Assembly: GCF_001194135.2 (NCBI RefSeq)
Contig: NC_068989.1
Span: 84,565,415 to 84,626,781, forward strand
From: Octopus bimaculoides
Taxonomy: Eukaryota
Direction of reading: 5' to 3'
DNA length: 61,367 nt
In this document: positions 37,391 through 50,971 of the stretch, piece after piece
How the letters are laid out: each line of letters opens with the position of its first letter
Position numbering within the stretch: position 1 is the stretch's first letter
The notes under the pieces: model-generated
The model's database searches: none
Told to the model about the DNA's origin: nothing
The model's input: only the letters and a program-made list of their open reading frames with translations
Position numbers and translations under genes: made by a program

Positions 37391-38244
37391 ACAAGTAATC
37401 AGTATGCTCATTGATAAATATGTGTGTATGTTTGTATGCATGTTTGTATGTATGGATGTATGTACGTATATATGTTTGTATGTCTGTATAGTTATTTATG
37501 TCTGTGTGGGCATGTGTATGTATAACTATGTCTATGTATGTTGTTAGATAAATATATCTTATGATATACAATTTAACAGACAATGGACACCCTTGACCAA
37601 GTTAATGGCAGTTTAAGCTTTACGGGGAACATCAAAAGAAAAAGAAGAGAAGGAAAAGCAGTAAAACTGTCAGAAAATGACCACGTCTATTGTCTGTTGC
37701 GTAGACTTTCTGACAGCAATCTTTCTTCCTATTTGTCTCACCCTATTCTGTTCTTTGTTAATTCCTCCTCCACATCTGACATCCGTATTAAGTCCTCTCA
37801 CAACACATTTGATATGGTCGCGAGCCATCTCAACGATGTCCGTTTCTATCTGCGACAGTTACTGAACCTGTAAATAGTCTGACAATTTCACATTAAATAT
37901 CATGTAATTCGCATTTTTGTAACCAGTAATCACGTTATATTAATGAAACGTATGCAAGATGGTGTAACTAAATGATTTGCTAACAATCCTGTTATATTTT
38001 GTTTTCTGTGTATTGTGTATGTATATGATACGTACATATGTATATGCATACACACACACACACGGGACAACAGCGCCGCTGAGCATTGATGTGTATAAAT
38101 ACAAACTTGTTACCTGTTCAAATAAGCATGAGGTATTATTTGAAAGCCATTCACTGTATTTCGTCTTCGACAAAATTTCTCGCTGTAAACAGACCGGGTC
38201 AGTTCGCAGCGCTCCCTAACCATATTGTTGAGTGTGTGTCCTTT

Positions 38245-38460
38245 CTATCCTAAGCACAAGGCCTGAAATTCTGGGGGATGGGGAGCTAGTCGATTACATC
38301 GAATCCAGTTGTTCAACCGGTTCTTATTTTATCAACTCCGAAAGACTGAAAGGCGAAGTCAACCTCGTTGGAATTTGAACTCAGAACGTAAAGCTAGCTG
38401 GGAGAGACGCCGCTTAACATTTTGTTCAGCGTGCTAACAATTCTGCCTGCTCTCTGCCTT
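38245..38460 (-). mobile_element. SINE family C
   Basis: Reverse complement of the C consensus. Confidence 0.8.
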
Positions 38461-38461
38461 A

Positions 38462-38860
38462 TACTCTTTTACTCTTTTACTTGTTTCAGTCATTTGACTG
38501 CGGCCATGCTGGAGCACCGCCTTTTTAGTCGAGCAAATCGACCCCAGGACTTATTCTTTGTAAGCCCAGTACTTATTCTATCGGTCTCTTTTTGCCGAAC
38601 CGCTAACTGACGGGGACGTAAACACACCAGCATCGGTTGTCAAGCGATGTTGGGGGGACAAACACAGACACACATACGTATATATATACATATATACGAC
38701 GGGCTTCTTTCAGTTTCCGTCTACCAAATCCACTCGCAAGGCTTTGGTCGGCCCGAGGCTATAGTAGAAGACACTTGCCCAAGGTGCCATGCAGTGGGAC
38801 TGAACTCGGAACCATGTGGTTCGTAAGCAAGCTACTTACCACAGAGCCACTCCTACGCCT
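38462..38860 (-). mobile_element. SINE family D, full length, CpG-intact (young)
   Basis: Reverse complement of the D consensus with most CpGs retained. Confidence 0.92.
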
Positions 38861-39240
38861 ATATATAAAAAATATATGCATGTATGTATATGAACACACA
38901 CACACACACACATATGTGTGTGTGCCGATATTTTGTGGGGCGTTAACACTGCAAATCTCTGACTTGGCTTGGAGTTACTAGTGACACAATGAGGTTGAGA
39001 TGCGGGCGGGGGTGACATGCATTCCACTTCCGAAGCTGCCGAAAAGGCTACTAAATGGTTTTGAATAAAAACGGAGCAGACCGGTGTTTTGCCGCTGCTG
39101 GGATGCAAAATGGGGCCCGATCGATCCTGGCTGGATCAACTGGACGAAGGTTTGATGTTGAAAGACCCCAAAACCCCTGGGATCCCAGAAACATTTCTGG
39201 TGATATAACCGAGAGTATCCATGAGATCTGTCTTGGAGCG

Positions 39241-39273
<33 letters not shown>

Positions 39274-40976
39274 TTTGTGTGTGTGACCTTGATTAACCCA
39301 TGCGAGCCATGATCCAGTTGACTTATGTATTCTTTCTTTCATTCAAGACGGTGGTGTCATTTGACTGCTATTTCTAGCAGCTGATATGACCACGTCGAGG
39401 TTACAGTTTGCGCCCTTGTCATCACAAGGGATGAGTAAGCTTTTTATTTCATTGTCGTGATATCTGTCAGCATCCAATCTCTTCCTTGTTCTGCCACCAT
39501 CACCACCGCCGCCACCACCACTGTCGTAACACTACCCCCCTAATCGGTCGCTTGAGTGTCTAGAAATAGCAACCAAATCTCTCAAATCATCCAACATCGT
39601 TTGAATATTGGTCAATGTAGTTCTGGATGGATATTACTTGGCATTATTAGCCAACCAGTGCTGGAATCCCCTATGATCAGAACTGAATAATTCCCAGAAG
39701 GAAAAAAAATAAATAGATAAGCCGCCGCCGCCTCCGCCACCACCACGATAATTAATTGCTGTTGTCACCATTCCCTTTCCGCCTTCCTCTCTTATTCAGC
39801 AGTTTAAAATTCTCTGTTGCTTTTTTGAAAGACAACGTGTCTTCGTGTTGAATGTGGTACCGTACCTCTCTCTCTCTCACACACACACTCTTCTGGAATG
39901 ATATAGGGGCTTCTGGATTGGTAATTTCTCTTATACTGTGTCTGCATATGAGAGAGACGGACATATACTGTAAAAGTTCACAAACATTATGCTATACGGT
40001 GTTTGAGAAGACGTGCGCGCGCGTGTATGTGTGTGTGTGTATGTATATATATAGATTAGGGTGGATTATTTTGTTTGCACACTCACGTGTATGCAGTTTA
40101 TCGGGCGTATTCAAAACACACACACACACACATACATACATACATACACTCAAGCACTCTCACACTAACTCCGCTCACTCACACATACATACACTCACGC
40201 AGTCTCACACTAACTCCGCTCACTCACACATACACACACCTTTATACTGAACAAGTTCTTGTGAGTGTAGCTTGTTTCACTCCACCCTTACACTTTCACT
40301 CGCTGTCGTCTCTCTCGTGTGCATATTTGTTGATGTCACAGTTTATATTATATGTGTGTATAAAGTAACATTATCCACACACACACATATATATATATAT
40401 ATACATACGTAACATACATACATACACATACACGCCGCATGGTTATGTTAGTTGAAGTCGCCTCTCTCTATATGTATACATGTGTGTGGTTGTGAGTGTA
40501 TTTTCTATAATTGGACCACTCTGTATATAACTGGACTTACTTCAGCATGTAATCTGACGAAAGCTTAACGTAAGTACAATTATAAAAACATCCATTCATG
40601 ATATTATTACCAGAAACGATTATTAAATAAATTATTGTTGTTATTATTATGTTACCAATCGTTTTTTAACCATCCATTTCTTTGTTTATTTCTATCTATC
40701 TATCTATCTATCTGTCTGTCTATGTGTCTATCTATCTATCTATCTATTTATCTATCACTTTATCTATCTATCTATCTGTCTATGTATCTATCTATCTATC
40801 TATCTATCTACCTATTTATCTGTCTATCTAATATCTATCTATCTGTCTGTCTATATTATATACTGTTTCTTTTTATGTCGAGTTATAAAACAATTTTTGC
40901 ATTAAACTGAAGGATTACTCAATTTTTGTTGAGTACAGGTTTAATATTCTTTCGCAAGAGAGAATAGTGCTGACAA

Positions 40977-41056
40977 GTGACTTCAAAGTTTCGTCCTGCT
41001 TAGCTTTCATCGGACTTCCCTGGTGGAAGCTAAGCAATCCGAAACTTCGAAGTCAC
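40977..41056. repeat. 80-nt hairpin, second member of the palindromic HHR-like family
   Basis: Stems of 8+8+17 bp (3 G:U); both arms carry GAAAC-TTYGAA-GTC-AC, as in the 50.4-kb element. Confidence 0.75.
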
Positions 41057-41352
41057 AACCAAAACTATTTTTGTAAAAGAATGTGTGTGCGCGCGTGCGC
41101 ACGAAACAGCAAAACCTCGGATACACAGGATTTAAGTATTTTAGTTTTCAATATTCATACTAACCCTGTTTTTTTTTTTTGTTACGAGTACTCTTTGTTC
41201 TTCTTGTTGACATTTCTTGGTGTGTGTGTAGCAGCGACACACACACACACACGTGTGTGTGTTGTGTGAACTTGCCTCCCTTTATACCTATCTGTCTGTC
41301 CAAAGCCAAAGCTACCCATCCCCTCGTAGTATGTAGACTTAACTTAGATTAT

Positions 41353-41396
<44 letters not shown>

Positions 41397-41610
41397 NNNN
41401 NNNNNNNNNNNNNNNNNNNNNNNNNNNNNNNNNNNNNNNNNNNNNNNNNNNNNNNNNNNNNNNNNNNNNNNNNNNNNNNNNNNNNNNNNNNNNNNNNNNN
41501 NNNNNNNNNNNNNNNNNNNNNNNNNNNNNNNNNNNNNNNNNNNNNNNNNNNNNNNNNNNNNNNNNNNNNNNNNNNNNNNNNNNNNNNNNNNNNNNNNNNN
41601 NNNNNNNNNN

Positions 41611-41686
<76 letters not shown>

Positions 41687-42587
41687 TGTATAAAACACGC
41701 ACTCACATACATCGATATGAATTATAACAAAAGACGGACATTGATATTTTGTTAGATATTGATCGGTAAAATAATGCTGTTGATATAATCTACTTCAGTG
41801 TTACAGGGCAGTGCCCCAGCATGGTCGTTATCCATAGACTGAAACCAGGAAACCAGTAAAATGATGAAAATATGTATGCACATCCACATACATATATACA
41901 TATACACATATATATTTATACACACACACACATCATTATCGTATGTCCTCAGCTGTATACGTGTGTGTGTTTAACTGTAAACGTCTGTGTTAGAGGGAAG
42001 GGGGGTGTAATTATATTCCCCCCTCCCCCTCTACTACCATCAGCTGCTATATTGTGCTCTATATCTCAGCCAACCCCCTTTCAGTATGACTGGGCTGTCA
42101 GAACTGTAAGAGCAGTGGAATTGGCTCGCCGTGTCTTGGACTCCCCCCCACCACCACCACCACCACCACTTCTCTCTCTGGCGGGAGACAGGAACAACGC
42201 TAACGGAAATATGACACGTTCAGACACACATACACTCGCACACACACGCACACACACACAAGTATATTGTACAAGAAAGAGCCTAAAAGGGAAATTATAT
42301 GGGCCAACGATTCGCTAGAAATAGCAGCCAAAATCTGCCTGAAATCACATTCTTTAATAAGAGAATTCATTGAACACTGTAGGCCTAGTTACCCAATATA
42401 ATTACAGGATGGTTATGATTGGAATACTTTTTGTTGTTTAGGGGATCAATATTGATATGGTGCAATAGAACCACATTATACACCACACACGCACACTCTC
42501 TATATCTTGAACCTTGCTATTTCTATGCATAGCACATGCTTGCTGCATCTCATAAACTGCAATACACACACATGCACACGTGTGGGC

Positions 42588-44370
42588 AAGTGTCTTCTAC
42601 TGTAGCCTTGGGCTGACCAAAGCCTTGTGAGTGGATTTGGTAGACGGAAACTGAAAAGAGCCTGTCATATATATATATATATATATGTGTGCATGTATGT
42701 TCGCATGTCTGTGTTTGACCCTCCCCTGTTGCTTGACAACCGATGCTGGTGTGTTTACGTCCCCGTAACTTAGCGGTTCGGCAAAAGAGACCGACAGAAT
42801 AAGTACTAGGCATACAGAGAATAAGACTAAAGGCGGTGCTCCAGCATGGCCACAGTCAAATGACTGAAACAAGTAAAAGAATAAAAGAATGACAAGTTCT
42901 CTTTCTTCTGATTGGCATCTCTAAACGGAGATATCTTTTATCATTTAGACTGCGGCCATCCTGGAGCACTGCCTTGAAAAATTTTTAGTGGAATGAATTG
43001 AACCCAGTACTTATTTTTTTTTAAGCCTGTTAGGTATTTTATTGCTCTCTTTTACTGAACCGCTAATTTACAAGAACACAAACATACCCACACCAGTTGT
43101 CAAGTGGTGCTGAAGACAAACACACTTACACACACACATATGATGGGCTTCTTTCAGTTTCTATCTGCCAAATCCACTCACAAGGCTCTGATCGGCCTGA
43201 GGTTATAGTAGAAGACACTTGCCCAAGTTGTCATGCAGTGGGACTGAACCCACAACCATGTGGTTGAGAAACAATCGTCTTACCACACAGCCACACCTAT
43301 GTAGTACACTCCATACCACATGAACAACAAGCTAACATATTGCACCACAACTATGTAACATATATACACACATTGCGTCACGCTGTCCCAATTATATATT
43401 CACAGTATTATTATTCATGTGCACACCATACCATAATATATATCGCAGACATCCTTCGCATGCTACCTAGAAATGCCACAGCAAATATTCACTGACTTAG
43501 TAAATGGAGACCTTGAAACCATCCTGCAATGGAATCGGCCAGTCTTGTTTCCTTCAATAATGTCACATCTATTATAAGTGGCTGTGTGGCAAGAAGTTTG
43601 CTTCCCAACTACATCGTTCCAAGTTGAGACTCATTGTGGCATACCTCGAGCGAGTGTCTTTCTACTGCAGCCCTGGGCCAACCAAAACCTTGTGAGTGGA
43701 TTTGGTAGAAAGAAAGTGAAGGAAGCTCATTGTATATATGCATGTGTGCGTGTGTGTCCCAGACACTCGACAGTTGGTGTTGGTTTGTTTCCATCCCTAT
43801 AACTTTGATAGAAAATACCAAGAAAATGAGTTCCAGGCTTTAAAAATGAATACTGGTGGGGGGGGGTCGTTATATTCAACTAAACCCTTCAAAGCAGTGC
43901 TGTAGCATGGCCACAGTCCAAAGATTGAAACCAGTAAATTATAAAGATATCAAGAAAACTTTAGGAGTGGCTGTGTTGGTAAGTAGCTTGCTTACTAACC
44001 ACATGGTTCAGGTTCATTCCCACTGCATGGCACCTTGGGCAAGTGTCTTCTACTATAGCCTCGAGCCGACCAAAGCCTTGTGAGTGAATTTGGTAGACGG
44101 AAACTGAAAGAAGCCCGTCGTATATATATGTATATATATATGTATGTGTGTGTATATGTTTGTGTGTCTGTGTTTGTCCCCCCAGCATCGTTTGACAACC
44201 AATGGTGGTGTGTTTACGTTTCCCATAACTTAGCGGTTTGGCAAAAGAGACTGATAGAATAAGTACTAGGCTTACAAAGAATAAGTCCTGGGATCGATTT
44301 GCTCGACTAAAAGGTGGTGCTCCAGCATGGCCGCAGTCAAATGACTGAAACAAGTAAAAGAGTAAAGAGT
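42588..44370. mobile_element. Cluster of four SINE D copies: 42588-42890 (+), 42945-43300 (-), 43575-43940 (+), 43965-44370 (+)
   Basis: Each matches the D consensus. Confidence 0.88.
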
Positions 44371-45294
44371 AAAAGAGTATACCACCCATAAACCTGGACA
44401 ATGTGCAACTAGACCTTGAAAGTTACTATAAATAGTTAACCAGGCCATTTCACCTGGTAAAGACTGCTTCACAAAAATTTGCTTCCTTTTCAGTGGCAGA
44501 CAGTATTTTAACTCCCAGAAACTACCAACCTTCTACAAAACTTATGTGTGACTCAAGCTGGAGTAGCACAGCTCCTACATTTGAGACAGTGCTGCTCCTG
44601 CTACACACACAGGTATCCTAGACCTCATCGAAAGAAAGATCACTCGACTAAGTTGCTTGAAGTGACCAATACACTCCAATCTCTGGCCTTCATATGTGCT
44701 GGCTCTTCTCTCCACCAACACACACCAAATTCATCATCATCATCATTTAATGTTGGTTTTCCTTGCTGTCATGGGTTGAATTGTTTGACAGGTGTTGCTA
44801 AACCAGAGAACTGCACCAAGCTCCAGTTGTCTGTTCTGGCAAGGTTTCTATGACGGGATGCCCTTACTAATGCCAACCACTTTACAGAGTGTACTGGGTA
44901 TTTTTTTTACATAGCAACAACACCAGTGCTTTATACATGGCACCAACACAGGTGTTTTTTACATGGAACCAGTACATGTGTTTTATACATGGCACCAGCA
45001 ATGGGTGCTTTTTTGTGGCACCAGCAAAAGTGTTCTGGTCCATAAATGTGCTGGCTCCTCTCTTTGCTTTTTTAACTGCAACTTCTGTGGCCTTTGTTTC
45101 TTAATTAAAAGGAAAAGAAAAAGCAAAATAAATCTACACAACTACCCTACACTAACGAAAGGACATGGCCACAGGAAGAGTAGAATATAACACCCTCAGT
45201 ACGTAACTGGTAGTGTTTTTATTGACCTCAGACAAATGAAAAGGATTGTTTATCCTACTGGGATTTGAATTCAAAATCTGTACAATGCCACAAG

Positions 45295-45482
45295 AGGGGA
45301 CAAACAAGGGATTAAGTCGATTACATCAACCCCAGTGCGTAACTGGTACTTAATTTATCGACCCCGAAAGGATGAAAGGCAAAGTCGACCTCGGCGGAAT
45401 TTGAACTCAGAACGTAGCAGCAGACGAAATACCGCTAAGCATTTCGCCCGGCGTGCTAACGTTCCTGCCAGCTCACCGCCTT
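45295..45482 (-). mobile_element. SINE family C (young)
   Basis: Near-consensus, CpGs retained. Confidence 0.9.
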
Positions 45483-46181
45483 AGCTACTATTTCTGCCAT
45501 GCTCCATCTTCTGGCAAGAATTGTGAATTCTCCAAGACAAATGCCTTCCTTCCCATCCTCTCTCACTTTTGGGCAAATTTTAACACATTCCATTTTTGAC
45601 AGACTGTTGGTCTTGTTACATTATCCCCCCCCCCTCGCTCCTTGTCTGTCTCTCTCTCCTTCTCCCTCTCCTTCTTCCTCTCTCTTTGTCTTGGATTCCC
45701 CAAAGAACAGCTTAGCAGACAGTTGTGTTCTTGGAAAACATTGTGACTGACTTGCAGACATACCTCACCACCACCACCACCATCATCACTTACAACAACT
45801 TGTCTCTGCTGTCATCCTGGTTGGAATGATGTGTGAATCAAAACAATGGAATGCAGCAAGCGGCACAACATGCCTCATGACTAAGGTCCATCGTATTTAA
45901 GAATATTGCAGCAGCATCAACAGCGCCATTGATGCTGTTGCATGTCTTGTCTGCATTCTTCAAGGTGCACTTAGATGTGTGTGTGTAGATGCGTGTCTCC
46001 AATTATTCAAGCAGGCTTGTGCACTGTCATTGAAAGCATGTTGCTGAGTAGGGGTACTGGCTGTGGTTGTGGTAGTGTTGTTGTGGAGTGTGATAGCGCT
46101 GTTGTAGATGTAGGTACAGTAGCCCTGTGCTGATGTGTGGTAAAAGCAACAGTTTATCTTATTATTATTATTATTAGACGT

Positions 46182-46359
46182 AGGCGTAGGATTGGCTGTG
46201 TGGTAAGTAGCTTGCTTATGAACCGCATGCTTCCGGGTTCAGTCCCACTGCGTGGCACCTTGGGCAAGTGTCTTCTACTATAGCCTCGGGCCGACCAAAG
46301 CCTTGTGAGTGGATTTGGTAAACGGAAACTGAAAGAAGCTCGTCATATGTATGTATATA

Positions 46360-46414
<55 letters not shown>

Positions 46415-46585
46415 ATATGTTTGTGTGTCTGTGTTTGTTCCCCCCACCCATAATATAAGCGGTTCGGCAAAAGACACCGATAAGATAAGTACTAGGCTCA
46501 CAAAGAATATGTCCTGGGGTCGATTTGCTCAACTGAAGGCGGTGCTCCAGCATGGCCACAGTCAAATGACTGAAACAAGTAAAAA
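46182..46585 (+). mobile_element. SINE family D, full length
   Basis: Matches the D consensus. Confidence 0.9.
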
Positions 46586-46604
46586 AGTTTTAAAAAAGAG
46601 AGAC

Positions 46605-46816
46605 AGTGAGGTGGCAGAATCGTTAGCATGCCAGGCAAAATGCTTAGCAGCATTTCTTTTGGTTTTACATTCTGAGTTCAAATTCCGCTGATGTCAACTT
46701 TGCCTTTCATCCTTTTGGGGGTCAATGAAATAAGTACCAGTTATGCACTAGGGGGGGCGATGAAATCGACTAGCCCCCTTCCATAAACTTCAGACCTTGT
46801 GCCTATAGTATAAGGG

Positions 46817-46855
<39 letters not shown>

Positions 46856-47085
46856 GTTATTGTTATTAAGGCAGTGAGCTGGCAGAATAGTTAGCACACT
46901 GGATGAAATGCTTAGCGGCATCTTGCCCATCCTTATGTTTGGGTTCAAATTCCGCTGAGGTCGACTTTGCCTTTCATCCTTTCGGGGTCAATAAATTAAG
47001 TATCAGTGAAACACTGGGGTCAGTATAATCAACTAGTCCCCTTCCCCCCAAATTTTCAAAGCCTTGTGCCTAGAATAGAAATAAT
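46605..47085 (+). mobile_element. Two tandem SINE C copies with (ATT)n tails
   Basis: 46605-46850 and 46868-47085. Confidence 0.88.
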
Positions 47086-47111
47086 AATAATAATGATAAT
47101 AATAATTATTA

Positions 47112-47155
<44 letters not shown>

Positions 47156-48871
47156 GTTATCATTAGACAGGAATATAAGATAACTCTCTCTCTCCTCTCT
47201 GTTTCTCTCTTACTCTATGTGTGGGTGTGTGTGCTAAAAAGCCTGGTTGTGAGAGGAAATTATAAAAATGTAAATGCATCCTGTCTAGTCTTTTGATGTG
47301 CAGAAAGAGTCGGAGGAGACTCCTGACAAAACATTCCACAGTTTATTGACCGATGTTCAGAGGAGATTCACTCTATTTCCTTCTCCATTCAATAACATCA
47401 AACATTCATTCAGCTGCTATATTATATCGCTGCAAAATNNNNNNNNNNNNNNNNNNNNNNNNNNNNNNNNNNNNNNNNNNNNNNNNNNNNNNNNNNNNNN
47501 NNNNNNNNNNNNNNNNNNNNNNNNNNNNNNNNNNNNNNNNNNNNNNNNNNNNNNNNNNNNNNNNNNNNNNNNNNNNNNNNNNNNNNNNNNNNNNNNNNNN
47601 NNNNNNNNNNNNNNNNNNNNNNNNNNNNNNNNNNNNNNNNNNNNNNNNNNNNNNNNNNNNNNNNNNNNNNNNNNNNNNNNNNNNNNNNNNNNNNNNNNNN
47701 NNNNNNNNNNNNNNNNNNNNNNNNNNNNNNNNNNNNNNNNNNNNNNNNNNNNNNNNNNNNNNNNNNNNNNNNNNNNNNNNNNNNNNNNNNNNAAGAGGGC
47801 TACATTATAGTAAATTTAATTTTTGATAAACAGAATGATAGGATGGTCACATGCCTGTTTGATCAGGGTTGACCTGGGGTTAAACAATAACCACATCATA
47901 TATATATCATCATCGTTTAACGTCCGCTTTCCATGCTAGCATGGGTTGGACGATTTGACTGAGGACTGTATGTATAGAGAGAGAGAGAGAGAATGAGAGA
48001 TTTGGTTTTAGAAGTGAAACTCAAAGCAGATGGAGCTATAGATAATAGAATGGTAAACATTGGGTTAAAACCCCTTAAATAGAAAAAGCAAAAGGCTGCC
48101 CCTGGGACTTGGCTCCACATCTTCTGTAAACATGACAGACGTTCTGTCATTGAACCAAATTTCTCTATCCATTTTAGAAGCTTTGTTCTGCTCAGTGTGT
48201 GTTGATTATGCCATAAGAATTTAGAAACTTCGAGAGAACATGAAATAATTCAAGCTCCGCAGGCAACCTTTCATTTTTCCTATTCAAAGAGCTTTTTTCT
48301 TTTAATCCAGTATTTACACACTCTTATTTATAGCTTTATCTACTTTGAGCCACTGTTCAAATTTGAATATTTCAGTTGGTTTGTTATTGAGGGGGGCTAA
48401 GAACTCTGAGTGAGAACTCTGACCATAATGATCCATCTAACTCATGCCAATATAGAAAACATCAATAAGAGTAAACCCTCTCGAGTATGACGTGGGGTAT
48501 TTTAACAAACCAAGACTTCTGAGAATTATCTTGCAAGAGAGTTTCCAATGAAGACCCATATTTGAGGGCAAGACAATTGCAGATGTCAGGCTTTTGAGAA
48601 ACCAAACCATACACTGACACGTGACATTGATGAGCGATGATTATATAAACATTAACATATAACACACACACACACACACACACGCACACGTAGACACACG
48701 CACATGACATACATATTGTCTATATGGGCATTTTGTATGTAATTTATGTGACAATGTTTAAATTTACCATGGAATAATAGTGATCACATGATATGCCAGT
48801 GATAATCACACCCTTGTGTGTGTGTGTGTGTGTGTATGAGTGTGTGTATGAGTGTACCTATACACACACAG

Positions 48872-48903
<32 letters not shown>

Positions 48904-48999
48904 ACATGAATAAATTCATTGATACTCGTGTATTCTTTTACTGATTTCGCTCATTGTTTTGGGGGTCATTTCTGGGACCCCAAGTTCAATTATGTATTC

Positions 49000-49397
49000 T
49001 TTTATTCTTTTACTTGTTTCAGTCATTTGACTGCTGCCATGCTGGAGCACCGCCTTTAGTCGAGCAAATCGACCCCAGGACTTATTCTTTGTAAGCCTAG
49101 TACTTATTCTATTGGTCTCTTTTGCCGAACCACTAAGTTACAGGGACATAAACACACAACCATCGGGTGTCAAGCGATGATGGGGAGACAAACACAGACA
49201 CACATACATATATATAAATATATACATATATACGATGGGCTTCTTTCAGTTTCCATCTACCAAATCCACTCACAAGGCTTTGGTCGGCCTGAGGCTATAG
49301 TAGAAGACATGTGCCCAAGGTGCCACACAGTGGGAATGAACTCAGAACCATGTGGTTCGTAAGCAAGCTACTTACCACACAGCCACTCCTACGCCTA
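49000..49397 (-). mobile_element. SINE family D, full length
   Basis: Reverse complement of the D consensus. Confidence 0.9.
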
Positions 49398-49414
49398 CAC
49401 TCGACAAAATTTTT

Positions 49415-49630
49415 TTTTTTACTGCTCTAGGCACAAGGCCCGAAATTTTGGGGGAGGGGGCCAGTTGATTAGATTAAGTCCAGTAAGCAACTGGTACTTA
49501 ATTTATCGACTCCAAAAGGATGAAAGGTAAAGTTAACTTTGGCGGAATTTGAACTCAGAACTTAAAGACAGACAAACTACTGTTAAGCATTTTGCCCGGT
49601 GTGCTTAGCATTTCTGCCAGTTCACCGCCT
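49415..49630 (-). mobile_element. SINE family C
   Basis: Reverse complement of the C consensus. Confidence 0.85.
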
Positions 49631-50341
49631 TTTACAATATTGTCCCTCAGTGCATGACTGGTGTTTAATCTCATCAGCCACAGCAAACGAATGAATGAAC
49701 AAAATTTACCTGGACAGAATTTGAATGCATAAAGACATATCAAATACCACAAATGTTATATTTGGTGCTCCACTGTTTATGCCGTTTACCTTCCAACAAG
49801 GAAGCTCTTTTGTGATTTCTGAACCTCATAGAAATAGTAGTCAAATTATCCTCAAATGATGCCCTACTGCCTTAATCCTTTAGTATTTAAACAGGCCATA
49901 TCCAGCTCAAATATTCTATGTTTTATGTTCGAACCAGTCAGATCTGGCCTCTCACACTCACCCTACAATGCTATTCTAAAAATAAACAACTATCGCGTTT
50001 AAGAGCCATGGAGAAGAATGTTGCATAGAGAGTATTCAGATAATTCTGACTGGTATGCATGGGTGACTGTTGGTCTTCCACAAACGACCTTGCCCAGACT
50101 TGTGCCTTGGAAAGGAACTTTCTGGTTGCAATTCCATGGTCATTCATGACCAAAGGAAGTCTTTTATATATATATAATTTATATAAACTCTACGGACACT
50201 ACAGAATTCCTGAAGTATATCCAGTCACATGTTTTAAGATGGCAAAGATGACATCAGATAGCCAATAACTGTGGATGAGCTTTGCACAACATTCTTCAAG
50301 GTTTTTACCTGACTCACTTAACTATATATATATTATTCTTA

Positions 50342-50458
50342 AACAAGACTAGTATTGACAGTGACTGAAAAGTTTCAGCCTACTAAACCCTCATCAGACT
50401 GTCTGATTATGGTTTAGCTGGCTGAAACTTCGAACTCACTGTCAATACTATTCTTGTT
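50342..50458. repeat. 117-bp imperfect palindrome (two inverted HHR-like arms)
   Basis: 58-nt arms, 49/58 complementary by manual alignment, 1-nt centre at 50400. Confidence 0.9.
50357..50403 (-). ncRNA. Type I hammerhead ribozyme motif with intact catalytic core
   Basis: Minus strand reads GACAGT-CTGATGA-GGGTTTAGTAGGCT-GAAAC-TTTTCA-GTC-ACTGTC: perfect 6-bp stem I, 3-bp stem III, GUC triplet. Stem II is weak. Confidence 0.65.
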
Positions 50459-50926
50459 AGAGGCTAATAAGTTTGTACTCTGTAAAAAAGTATTGAGTAA
50501 TCGTTTAGTTTAATGTAAAATTGTTTTTATTATAACATCAAAACAAACATCAATACATATATATATATATATAGTTCTGTAAGTATTTACACACTTGTGT
50601 GCGTGAGTATATACATACAAAAGGACGTGTGTGTGTGTGTGTGTATAACCATAAATATTTATTTATTTTAAAGGATATGTATCTATAATGTAATTATTCA
50701 CATACCGCACATCCATTAATATGTAGGAGTGTGAACAAATAGTCAAGGGTTTTGTTTTATTTTGATCTATTTTTCAAGCTGTGTCAGGTAAAATACATGA
50801 CAGTAGCTCATTTTAAACATTCTTCTGTGAAGTTTTACAGTTTTATTAGTGTTATTTATGGACAATATAAATTTCACACACCACATTTTATTGGAGAAGG
50901 AAAAAAAATTAATATTTATTTGCTTA

Positions 50927-50971
<45 letters not shown>

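Noticed and set aside
37583-37873. 96-aa ORF (MDTLDQVNG...) after an AG
   Set aside because: No recognisable domain, weak splice signals, single-exon length consistent with chance.
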